From Somniosus microcephalus (taxonomy: Eukaryota): a DNA stretch of 64,000 nucleotides. The notes beneath the pieces were generated by a model. The model had not been told where the DNA came from. It saw only the letters and a program-made list of their open reading frames with translations, and searched no databases. The stretch covers positions 303,428,001 to 303,492,000 of the forward strand of contig CM126203.1 in the NCBI GenBank assembly GCA_052327205.1. Direction: 5' to 3'. Both the position numbers and the translations under genes were made by a program. Positions 37,010-48,059 of this stretch are shown here, piece by piece. Within the stretch, counting starts at the first letter, position 1; every line of letters starts with the position of its first letter.

Positions 37010-40000
37010 GTAAGTATTTCATTTTAAGTTTTTTATGTTACTACTGTCGAGCACTTTATGTACATACATTTGATAGATCTTTTGCAAAATATTATTTGAT
37101 ACTGTTTGTTGCAAAGTAAAAATGGCTACAAATGGAGATTAAAAAGTAATGTAGAAACAATTTTATTGTAGAAATCAATTTTAATTGTGTAACCTGTCTG
37201 TGTTTTTCAAATGCCCATAAGCAAGTTTTAATTTTAAAAATGAATGAAGCAACTATTTGTTAGAACTGAAACACTGAAAAATGTTTAATGTCTCCTTAAA
37301 GTTTGTGATCATTTTATGCTCATCATCTCTTTCTTAGTTCTCCAGATTATTAACAATCTGTTCTTAAAAGAAAAATGTTCCCTAAAATTTGATCTCAGCT
37401 GTTGCATTGTTCAAGTCTCAGCATTTGTGAAAAAGTTTATTAATTTTTGTTAAGATTTGGTGTAGATTTGAATGGTTTAAAGTGACAAAATCTGTCATTA
37501 TAATTCAAATTGAAAGAAGATTTGTGTTAAACTGTGTGTGGAAAGATATAAGGCAGCCAGTGAAGGGCGAGCAGGTTTTGAAATAGCGCTTATCTGAATT
37601 TTGGTTCTTCTGTGTATTTACATGACATTCCACCTCAACCGCTTGAGAAAGGTATCAGTAACCAAGTAAATTTATTACACTGTTGAAAATTTTTGGAAGT
37701 TCTTCACAAATATCACCATGTTGTGACCTCCTCTCAAAACCTTGCACTAACATCTTCCTCAGATTATATTCCACCTCATTCAATCCAATCTGAAATACAT
37801 TTTGTTAAAATAAGTTGAAGGACTATAAAACATTATCAGATACTGTAATGCTTTAAAAGTACATCTTCAGTTTTCACATATAAATGAGCTGTCACTGATG
37901 AAAGATTTGGGAAATGCTTAAAATAAACTAATGTTCTCTAGCATTGCAAACAAATTATAATTCTAACTGCATCTGATAACCAGTTTTACAAAACCCTTGT
38001 ACAAATATTTGTCTCTTAGGGCGGGCAAATCTCTGGGTTAACATGGTCTGACTAGTTCAACTAAGTTCAACTATTCATAGTTCGTTGAACTTAAAAAAAA
38101 TAGTTGTTTCTAACAGTTACTGTTCATTTATTGAATGTGGACCTATTGTAAAAAGCTTCCTTGATGTGAATTGATCATTTCTCTTACAGCACAGAAGGGG
38201 GCCAGCAGCCCATTAAATGTGCTGGCTGTTTGCGAGAGCAATCCAAAACTAATCCCACTCCCCACTCTCTCACCTAACTCTTCCTCTGTTTCAAATATTT
38301 ATCCAATTTTTCCTTAAAAAAGATGCAGTGGTTTCTACCTAAACCACTCCCATGCTCCAACAACCCTTGGTGTAAAGAAATTTCTTCAAACCTCTCTCCT
38401 CACTCTCTTAATGATAATTTTAAATTGATGACTCCTCGTCGTTGATTCTCCAACCTGAGGAAAAATTTATTCTGTTAAATTCCTTCATAGTTTTAAAAAC
38501 CGCTATTAAATCTCTTGGCGTTATCTGCTCCGGTAGAAATGGTCTCTCCTGATAACCATTTATAAAGAACTTTCGCCCAGTAGATTCTGAGTGGGTGCGA
38601 GAGGCCAAGGTAGAGATTATACATTGTCTGTGGAAAGACTAGGCTTGATGGGCTGAAAATTTCCTTTTCTCATTTCATGTTCCTATGGGGTTAATAATGC
38701 ATGTCTGGGCACCGTAGTTCCAGGATTGCTGCTCTTCGGACGCTATGTGCACCTGCAGTGCATTGAGCTCAAATCGTGCCATAATGCAAAGTCAGCTCAG
38801 TAACGCACAATACCCCTGACCAACAGCACTTGATTTGCTGGCAGCGCACCATGTGAGGCAATTTCAAATCAGATGCAGCAGATCTTGCTTCAGAACAGAA
38901 GGGTAAATCACTGGAGCGAGGCACTGAAGTGTAACTATTCCACTCAATGAAGCAACTTTGGAGCTACTGCTGGCAGAGACCCTGGAAAGAAGGGTGTTCC
39001 TTTCTGCAGCTAAAGGTTGCGCTTCCAATGAAGAACAGTGCCAGAGCAGCCTAGATGGAGGTGGAGATAAAAGATTAAATGCTGCATGTTCACACACTCA
39101 CATAAGATGGCTGCTGGTCTGAATTGACACATATCTTCTCATACTCCTTAAGTGTGATTCCAAGATTTGGTCTAGCAGGGAATGATGCTGACAGGGAAAG
39201 CACCGTGGGAAATCACAAGCACACAGCGCATGATTTTCGGCCCATTATGAATGGGAAATGACGGTCTGCACACCTATGATTTTCCTAGATGTGTTCCCAA
39301 TAGGAGCAAAGCTCGTGAGATCTCTTATTCCAACATATACTTTATCTACTTGTAGGAGACAATATAACAATCACCTAGACTCCTTATGAAGAGATCCTGG
39401 TCATGGAGGCAACAGGCAGAATGGGGGAGGGAGAAGTCAGAGGCCCTCCCCGAGCTCTTGGCTATTGTCTTACTTTGCTTTTTGCAGGGGTCAGTGGGGT
39501 GGGGGGGGGGGGGGTTGTGGTGGTGTAGCAGCGTTCTTAGTGAGTTGTAGGAGGGATCTTTTCATGAAGAATGGAACAAAATTGAGGTGAGGGCCAGTGA
39601 GGCTGGAATAGGAACAGCTTCGAGCTGCTGGCTGGTGGGTTGGCTACAGGGTTCCCTCAACTACTGTGCGAAGGGAGTTGAATTTCACAGGGCTTGCCTA
39701 AAAACACAGCATCATGCAGTCATTTGAGAGTTCATGCAGCCTGTACAACTTGGGGACATCTATGGAGGAGTCTACAACCTGCATCTGTGTGGCGCTGAAT
39801 GAAGGTTTGATTGAACTGCAGACTACCACGGAAAGCCCGGCCACCCTACAGTGAAGTCCTCCTTCCCCACCCAGCCCTAACCTCAGCTATAGCATCCTTA
39901 ATGAATATTATGACTGATGTTTCGGAGATTTTGGTCTCTGACCTAAACAGTCTGCAATTTCTGCATTCAAAATATTGTTGAACCAGATAATGCCTCATTA

Positions 40001-42179
40001 ATGCTAAGTGGTCTGCTTTAGTCATGCTGGGAGAGTACCCAGCAGCATGGGAATGGCAGGAACTGGGATGATCATACAGGTGGCTGTCAAGTTGAAGCCG
40101 CATCTTTATCTCCATGGCCTCACTCCTCCTTACAAATGCCAAAACTCTCCATTCCTCTGACTCCAGTCCGTTGTGCACCCCCTCTCTTCACCCCACTATT
40201 GCAGCTGCCTCGCCCCCATGCTCTATAATTCTCTCCCTTAACCACTCCACCTCTGTCCTTCCCTCTTCTCCTTTAAGACAGTCCTTAAAACCCACCTCTT
40301 TAACAAAGTTTTTTGTTACCCCTCCTTCTTCGGTCCAGCGTTTACTTTTTCCTTACATCTCTGTGAAATGGCTTGAGATATTTTCCTGCATTATAAGTTG
40401 TTGTCATCATCCTTAGGATGTGAACGGCACTATAAATTATTACTGTAGAGTGGCCCATAGGTGGCGATAGAGTTACTTGTGTTATGCAAGGCCTTTTCCG
40501 TATTGTAAAGAAACTTTAAGGGGCGAACTATTTCTAGTACTCAGTGACTCCAAAATGTAAACTTTAAAACAGCACCTGATTCTCCTCAGATAGTCCCACT
40601 AAAAAGGACGCTTCAGTAGGCAGGTCCGTAGTATTCCAGGTTGCTGTTCATGATTGACCAGCCAGTTGGGCTCATTAATGGGTGCCTGGAAGGGTAGATT
40701 TGTCACAAGCACCAAGATTCTTTCCACTCTGCTCCAGATATCCTTGCAAGTCAATTCCCCAAAGGGAATGGTTGTCCTAGCTGCAGGAAGCTTATGAGTG
40801 TTCTCTGTTGGTGACCGCAAGGTTTTGCTGATTAAAGTACATCACTACCTTTGGGCTTCATTTTACTCAAAATTAATGGCTATTTTCAGGCAATTTATGG
40901 GCAGGAGTAGGAAGTGTTTGGACGTGTAGATCAAATGAAAAATTAATGACAAGAATATGTCAACTGGCATATTTCCTGTCGTTAATCTTGGAACGTTCAG
41001 CATCAGGAACACAGTGGAACTTCTGGCGCCCAGATTTGCTGGAGCGGCTGAGCAGGGTTTCACAGTAAAGGGCTACCTTGCCTGGTGTAGTATGCAAAAC
41101 GAGAGTTTTGGAATTTTCTTACAGCTGGGACTGCCAGCCACGTTATATTGTGACAGGCGCGGCAGTCATTTTCCAACCAACCCACTGAGGTGAGCGACTT
41201 TGTGGCAGCAGAAATATTAGTATGTTGGTGGCGGCTCCTGGCAAAAACTTGACGGTGGAAGGATCGCCGGGATCAGAGTCGATGGAGAGATGGGTAGGGG
41301 AAATCCCGCCCTGAACCACTTCTAGCGAGAATCTCGCCGCACAGGAAAGTTTAGGCTTCTACGTCTTGGCTTTTGCCAACCTGTACCTGAGCTATCTGGC
41401 TTTGGGTGGTGGAGCTGGGGCTGGGGGGGTAGTGGGTGGAGTTTCGTACATGAGACAGTCTGCATTCCACATCAGGTGCACAATATCTTTGTGGATTTTT
41501 CAGCACATTGGATTGGAGACTCTTAAACATGATGCTGGGCTTCCAGGCTTAGTCAGCTACCTTGCTGATTTAAAATATAGGAGCCTGGATTTTCCGCTTT
41601 TGCAGAAGCTGGAAGCATCATTGGTGTTAAGGGAGTTCCACCCACCACACAAAGATGTACCTCTGCCCTTAGTTGATTTTCCAGGGTCAGGGTAATTCAG
41701 TGGGCTGCCCCGCACCTTGCAAGGCAAAGAGGAAACTCCCAGAAACTGTGGAGACCAAGCGCAGCTGGGTTAATGCTGTTTTCCGGGAGTGGCAGGGTGG
41801 GCGGGGGAGGGTGGTTCTGTCAGTCTGACACTGGAGTTACCGCAGGAGACTGGTGAAGCTTTAGTGGAATTTTGGCTCCATGATGTTAATATGCACAAAT
41901 AGCACCCTCCATATCAGGTATGGGAGTTAGATGCAGTTAAATATCAAAGCTTCTTCCAAAAGAACACAGGCTTTTAGTCAATTTTGGAGACAGTAAACTA
42001 GCTTTAAGAAATCTACTTTCTCAGGCCGGGCCAGGGCACTAGTGATGTGCTGGGCGAAGCTTACCCAAATATTGTGAATTTCAGCCTGGGACTTCATTAC
42101 TTCACAGACAGGCTGATGGCGATTTGCAGCCCAGTTTACTTTGACCTTTTTTTGTGCGTCTGTGCAAACCCACAATTAT

Positions 42180-42612
42180 AAAGAAAAAGAAAGACTTGCA
42201 TTTATATAGCACCTTTCACGACTAACTCGAAGTGCTTTACAGCCAGTGAAGTACTTTTGAAGTGTAGCCACTGTTGTAATGTGGCAGCCAATCTTGCACA
42301 CAGCAAGCTCCCACAAACAGCAATGTGATAATGACCAGATAATCTGTGATGTTGATTGAGAGGTAAATATTGGCAAAGACACCAGGGATAACTTCCCTAC
42401 TCTTCTATTGAAATAGTGCCACAGGATCTTTCCACATCTACTTGAGAGAGCAGACAGGGTCTTGGTTTAATATCTCATCTGAAAGACAGCACCTCCAACA
42501 GTGCAGCACTCCTTCAGCAATGCACTGGAGTGTCAGCCTAGATTTCTGTGGGAGTGGGGTTTGAACCCACAACCTTCTGACTCAGAGGCAACCACTGAGC
42601 CACAGCTGACAC
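42180..42612 (-). mobile_element. DeuSINE (SacSINE1-like)
   Basis: Reverse-complement homolog of 2000-2460 including the tRNA head and (CTTT)n tail. Confidence 0.82.
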
Positions 42613-43022
42613 AGTTATGACCTCACCTACTCATGTCAAGGCACTGCAACAACAGTGGAGCCTTGCAATTTGAGGTTATAGTTCCACAGATACCAGCCAT
42701 CTTCCAGTACCTTGTTTAAGTGACCACTTTTCAATTGTACACCTAGACAGTGTGGGCATGATATTAAGCTGTTAGCTATATCGCAATCGTGCATAATCCC
42801 TTCCATAGAGGTAGTATCATCATGATCTTTAATAGGCTCTGCTAAGTCCTATAAAGATATTCCAGTGTCCTGGGATAGTACCAGATGTGTCTCTTTCTCT
42901 TTTCATCCCTCTGCATCTATGCCTCTGTTATTTTTTGTTCTTATAATTACCCGCTTGAGCTTTATTATGCCTATAATCTCTCCCCACTCTTGACTTAGTG
43001 TCACCAACTTACTATTTCTTCC

Positions 43023-43130
43023 TCACAGAATCACAGAATCACAGAAACCCCACAGTGCAGATAGAGGCCATTTCGGCCCATCGAGCCTGCACCGACACAT
43101 ATCCCACCCGATCCCCGTAACCCCTACACC
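43023..43130 (-). mobile_element. HE1-like SINE 3' fragment
   Basis: Reverse complement of about 29950-30049 with (TCACAGAA)3 tail. Confidence 0.85.
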
Positions 43131-43159
43131 TCTTTTATTCGTTCAACCTTGGTGGTTCC

Positions 43160-46100
43160 TGTGATGAAATATATTCCATTCATCACTGCCTGTTTTCTGT
43201 GTCTTCTAACTGCCTGCTTTCTGTGTCTTTTCCCTTCCCCCAGTCCTCATGTATTATGCATTGGAATGTGCTGGAACTGGTTGTGTGCAGGGCTCCGCCC
43301 ATACCTGGCTCCTTTGTAATCTAACTTCAGTCCGGCATCAGCCTCCTGAAGGTAGACATCTCTCTATTTTACGTGTTATGTTCTGAGTTAATAAAAGCCT
43401 TACTTTTGTTCTGCTAACTTCGAGTCTCGGAATAATTGAGGCACATCAATTTTATTAACTCAATTTTCAACACTATGGATCAACTCCTGAAACCCGAACG
43501 TTTGGATTTGGATCAACATGCTCCGGACGCATCAGCACGCTTCGGACACTGGTTTGACTGTATGGAATTCTTCCTGGACAATTCCGCAGCCGTCAAAGAC
43601 GCTACAGACACTGCGAAGATGAGACTCGGAATGCTACGGAATTGGGTAAGCCACCGGGTTTACCCCCTCATCCAAGACGCCGATACGTACCTGGCCGCCT
43701 GCAACACCTTAAAGGCGCATTACCAGCAGCCTACGAATGAGGTGTATGCTAGGCATCTACTCGCTACTCGCGCACAGCGACCTGGGGAATCGGTGGAGGA
43801 GTTCCTAAGCATCCTGAAAAAGCTTGGCAAGGACTGTAAGTGCCGAGATGTAAAAGCCGCAGTGTACACCGACGAGCTTGTTCGCGATGCCTTTATCACA
43901 GGCCTCAGCTCCACTCACATCCGGCAAAGACTGCTGGAAAAAACGGGGTTGGACCTGAAACAGGCTGCGGACACCGCGCGGTCCCTGGAGATGGCCCAGA
44001 GAAACTCGGACGCCTACTCTTCAGCCCGCGCCGCCCACGCCGCCACGTGTGCGCCGAGGGCGCCGCCATCTTGGAAGGCATCTTCCCCGCCCGGCAGCCC
44101 GACACCGGCGGGGCCCAGCTCTCCCCCCAGAAGCCCTACGACAGCCGCGACGCGTCAAGGACCCAACTGCTACTTCTGCGGGCAGCCAAAGCACACCAGA
44201 AACCTGTGCCCGGCGAAAGGCACCACCTGCTTTAAGTGCGGTAAGAAGGGGCACTTCGGGAAGGTGTGCAGAGGGAACCCCGCCGGAAAACCAACCGCCG
44301 GAAAACCCGCCACCGCCGCGTGTGCGCCGTGGGAGCGGCCATCTTGGACGCCATCTTGCCCGACCTCGTGGGGTCCGCCATCTTATGAGCAGACAGCGTG
44401 GACGCCATCTTGTCTCGATCAGGGCCCTACAGTGGCATCGGTCACAGTGGACCAGACCAGGCCGCATCCGCTATCCAAATCAATGGTGGACATCGAGGTA
44501 AACGGGTGCCGGGTTAAATGCTTAATTGACAGTGGAAGCACGGAGAGTTTTATCCACCCTGAACTGGCACAACAACTCTCCCTAAAGGTGGTCCCTGCTC
44601 AGGGTACCATCTCTATGGCCGATAAAACCCAGACATCGACCATTCTGGGTTACTGCACGGTACAATTGTGCGTTAACGGAACTGTGTATGATAATTTTAA
44701 AGTATTAATCATGAAGAATCTATGTGCGAGCGTGATCTTGGGTTTGGATTTCCAGTGCAACCACCAAAGCATCACGCTCAAGTACGGTGGGTCCCAGCCG
44801 CCCCTCACAGTGTGCGGTCTGGCTACCCTGAAGGTAAAGCCGCCTTCGCTATTCGCGAACCTTACCCCTAACTGCCGGCCAATAGCGACCAAAAGCAGGA
44901 GGTACAGCTGGGAGGACAGGCGGTTTATCGCGACCGAGGTAGACAGGCTTCTGAAAGAGCACATTATTGAACACAGCAACAGCCCGTGGCGCGCCCAAGT
45001 GGTAGTGGTAAGGGGTAGCGAGAAGAAACGGATGGTGATCGACTATAGTCAAACGATCAACAGGTACACCCTACTAGACGCCTACCCGCTACCCCGCATA
45101 TCAGAAATGGTGAACCAAATCGCCCAATACCGGGTGTTCTCCACCATCGACCTCAAGTCAGCGTACCACCAGCTCCCTATCAGACCAGAGGACCGCCCGT
45201 ACACCGCCTTCGAGGCGAACGGACGCCTCTACCAATTCCTCAGAGTCCCCTTTGGGGTGACGAACGGGGTCTCGGTCTTTCAGAGGGAGATGGATCGCAT
45301 GGTCGATGACCACCACTTGCAGGCAACCTTCCCCTACCTCGACAACGTCACCATCTGCGGTCACAACCAGCAGGATCACGACTCGAACCTCGAGAGGTTC
45401 CTGAAAACCGCACAAAAACTCAACCTCACCTATAACGAGGACAAGTGCGTTTTCAACACCACGCGCCTCTGCATACTGGGCAGCGTGGTGGAGAATGGGG
45501 AAATCGGACCAGACCCCGACCGATTGCGCCCCCTACGGGAGCTGCCCCTGCCCAACACTCCCAAAGCCCTGAAAAGGTGCCTGGGGTTATTTTCTTACTA
45601 TTCCCAATGGGTCCCCAACTACTCCGACAAAGCCCGCCCCCTCTTGAAAGCATCCTCTTTTCCGCTCTCTGCTGAGGCCCACGCCGCCTTCAAAAGCATT
45701 AAGCAGGATATTGAGCGGGCCACGCTACAGGCAGTGGACGAGAACACTCCATTTCAAGTGGAAAGTGATGCGTCCGACTTCGCCTTGGCGGCCACCCTCA
45801 ACCAGGCGGGGCGGCCCGTAGCTTTCTTCTCGAGGACCCTCCAAGGCCCCGAGATCAGACACTCCTCCGTGGAGAAGGAGGCCCAAGCCATCGTGGAGGC
45901 AGTGCGCCACTGGCGCCACTACCTAGCCGGCAAACGCTTCACCCTACTTACCGACCAGCGATCGGTAGCGTTTATGTTCAACAATAAACAGAGGGGGAAG
46001 ATTAAAAATGATAAGATTCTTAGGTGGCGGATCGAGCTCTCCACTTTCGAGTACGACATCATTTACCGGCCAGGGGCCCTTAACGAATCCCCTGACGCCC

Positions 46101-47547
46101 TCTCACGAGGGATGTGTGCCAGCGCCACCGAGGATCGGCTACAGACCCTCCACAACGACCTCTGCCACCCAGGGGTCATGCGGCTGTTCCACTTCATAAA
46201 GTCCCGTAACTTACCCTACTCGATTGAGGAAGTTCGGTCTCTGACCAGGAACTGCCGCACTTGCGCTGAGTGCAAGCCTCGGTTCTACCGCCCAGATAGA
46301 GCCCACTTAATCAAAGCTACACGGCCCTTCGAGCGGCTCAGCTTAGATTTCAAGGGCCCCCTCCCGTCCGTCGACCGCAATGTTTACTTCCTGAACATTG
46401 TGGACGAATACTCCCGTTTCCCATTCGCCTTCCCCTGCCCAGACATGACCAGCGCCACGGTCATTAAATGCCTCAACAGCCTGTTCTGCCTGTTCGGTAT
46501 GCCGAGCTATATCCACACGGATAGGGGGGCGTCCTTCATGAGTGAAGAGCTACGCCAGTACATGCTGTCCAAGGGGATCGCCACGAGCCGTACCACCAGC
46601 TACAACCCCCGGGGTAACGGCCAGGTGGAGCGAGAGAACGGGACAGTGTGGAAAGCAGTCACTCTAGCTCTAAGGACCAAGGGCCTCCCTATCTCCCGCT
46701 GGCAGGAAGTCCTCTCGGATGTGCTCCATTCGATACGGTCGCTATTGTGTACGGTCACTAATACCACGCCTCATGAACGAATGTTTGTCTTTCCCCGGAA
46801 ATCCACCTCGGGCGTATCCATGCCGTCATGGCTCTCCACCCCTGGTCCGGTACTCGTGCGAAGGCATGTGAGGGGCCACAAGACGGACCCTCTCGTGGAG
46901 CCAGTACACCTACTCCACGCCAACCCCCAATACGCATATGTCCGGCACGCCGACGGAAGGGAGGACACCGTGTCCATAAAAGACGTCGCCCCAGCCGGCA
47001 TCAACAACAACCACGGCAATAGCAGCGACGACGATCACAGCAACCCTTACCCACCTACTATTCTTTCATCACCCCCGGAAGAACATCGACCAACGGCACC
47101 CCCACCAACTACCCCTTCAACAACCCCGGCGGCACCCCCGGCAGAGACCCAGGAGGCTACCGGGGACACCCAGCCGACACCCGCGGCACCACAACAGCCA
47201 CGTCGGTCGCAGAGGACTATCAAACCCCCGAACAGACTAAATCTATAGAAGGGGTGAATGTGATGAAATATATTCCATTCATCACTGCCTGTTTTCTGTG
47301 TCTTCTAACTGCCTGCTTTCTGTGTCTTTTCCCTTCCCCCAGTCCTCATGTATTATGCATTGGAATGTGCTGGAACTGGTTGTGTGCAGGGCTCCGCCCA
47401 TACCTGGCTCCTTTGTAATCTAACTTCAGTCCGGCATCAGCCTCCTGAAGGTAGACATCTCTCTATTTTACGTGTTATGTTCTGAGTTAATAAAAGCCTT
47501 ACTTTTGTTCTGCTAACTTCGAGTCTCGGAATAATTGAGGCACATCA
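43160..47547 (+). mobile_element. Intact Gypsy LTR retrotransposon in aqp3 intron 1
   Basis: 289-bp LTRs at 43160-43448 and 47259-47547, identical by eye. TSD GTTCC, PPT AGAAGGGGTGAA (47247-47258), single uninterrupted ORF, no tRNA PBS. Confidence 0.97.
43475..47248 (+). CDS. Gag-Pol polyprotein (1257 aa)
   Basis: First ATG after the LTR. Two CCHC knuckles, protease DSGS, RT (YLDN), RNase H (DASD...EKE...TD), integrase HHCC and D,D,E; no chromodomain or env. Confidence 0.95.
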   Translation: MDQLLKPERLDLDQHAPDASARFGHWFDCMEFFLDNSAAVKDATDTAKMRLGMLRNWVSHRVYPLIQDADTYLAACNTLKAHYQQPTNEVYARHLLATRAQRPGESVEEFLSILKKLGKDCKCRDVKAAVYTDELVRDAFITGLSSTHIRQRLLEKTGLDLKQAADTARSLEMAQRNSDAYSSARAAHAATCAPRAPPSWKASSPPGSPTPAGPSSPPRSPTTAATRQGPNCYFCGQPKHTRNLCPAKGTTCFKCGKKGHFGKVCRGNPAGKPTAGKPATAACAPWERPSWTPSCPTSWGPPSYEQTAWTPSCLDQGPTVASVTVDQTRPHPLSKSMVDIEVNGCRVKCLIDSGSTESFIHPELAQQLSLKVVPAQGTISMADKTQTSTILGYCTVQLCVNGTVYDNFKVLIMKNLCASVILGLDFQCNHQSITLKYGGSQPPLTVCGLATLKVKPPSLFANLTPNCRPIATKSRRYSWEDRRFIATEVDRLLKEHIIEHSNSPWRAQVVVVRGSEKKRMVIDYSQTINRYTLLDAYPLPRISEMVNQIAQYRVFSTIDLKSAYHQLPIRPEDRPYTAFEANGRLYQFLRVPFGVTNGVSVFQREMDRMVDDHHLQATFPYLDNVTICGHNQQDHDSNLERFLKTAQKLNLTYNEDKCVFNTTRLCILGSVVENGEIGPDPDRLRPLRELPLPNTPKALKRCLGLFSYYSQWVPNYSDKARPLLKASSFPLSAEAHAAFKSIKQDIERATLQAVDENTPFQVESDASDFALAATLNQAGRPVAFFSRTLQGPEIRHSSVEKEAQAIVEAVRHWRHYLAGKRFTLLTDQRSVAFMFNNKQRGKIKNDKILRWRIELSTFEYDIIYRPGALNESPDALSRGMCASATEDRLQTLHNDLCHPGVMRLFHFIKSRNLPYSIEEVRSLTRNCRTCAECKPRFYRPDRAHLIKATRPFERLSLDFKGPLPSVDRNVYFLNIVDEYSRFPFAFPCPDMTSATVIKCLNSLFCLFGMPSYIHTDRGASFMSEELRQYMLSKGIATSRTTSYNPRGNGQVERENGTVWKAVTLALRTKGLPISRWQEVLSDVLHSIRSLLCTVTNTTPHERMFVFPRKSTSGVSMPSWLSTPGPVLVRRHVRGHKTDPLVEPVHLLHANPQYAYVRHADGREDTVSIKDVAPAGINNNHGNSSDDDHSNPYPPTILSSPPEEHRPTAPPPTTPSTTPAAPPAETQEATGDTQPTPAAPQQPRRSQRTIKPPNRLNL

Positions 47548-48059
47548 GTTCCTATACTATGGGCCCTGGCCACTACCTTGGTTTCTCAATTTAAAAAGCC
47601 TTGTGAAACTTTGACTTTCCAGAACTTCAACATTTTTTAATGCTTTTACATCACTGAGCCCAACAGGCTTAAGATGCAATATTAATTAACTGACTGTTTC
47701 AGAGTTCCCAGAATTACTGGGATTGGGGAGGGAAGTTTGCTGGTGCCCTGGCACCAGGGGCAGGGATAGGGATGGAATTTGCAGCTATACTACAGAACAT
47801 ACGAAAAATGACGGGTCAGGAAAAGACCTACTGGTCTATCCACCCTGTCCCATACAGTTGTGAAGCATTAGAGGACCCTCCTCCATGGATGTGAAAGACC
47901 CTGATGTTTTTAACTCTCCCTTTTCGCAGAAGAAACCTACTTTTATTTACTTTCCTCACTATCACAACTTTAGGTAACAATATCCCTGGCTTTGTAGCTA
48001 CTAGATTCTATTCTTAGTGATCATCATGTATAAAGAACGCTTTAATGTTGTCTGTGGAG

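Noticed and set aside
38570-41880. Possible Harbinger-derived remnants and short ORFs in intron 1 (also 61140-61980)
   Set aside because: Too eroded to define ends or products by eye
43436-43474. Upstream extension of gag-pol given by the ORF track
   Set aside because: Starts at a non-ATG codon inside the LTR; the homolog at 34265 begins at the equivalent of ATG 43475
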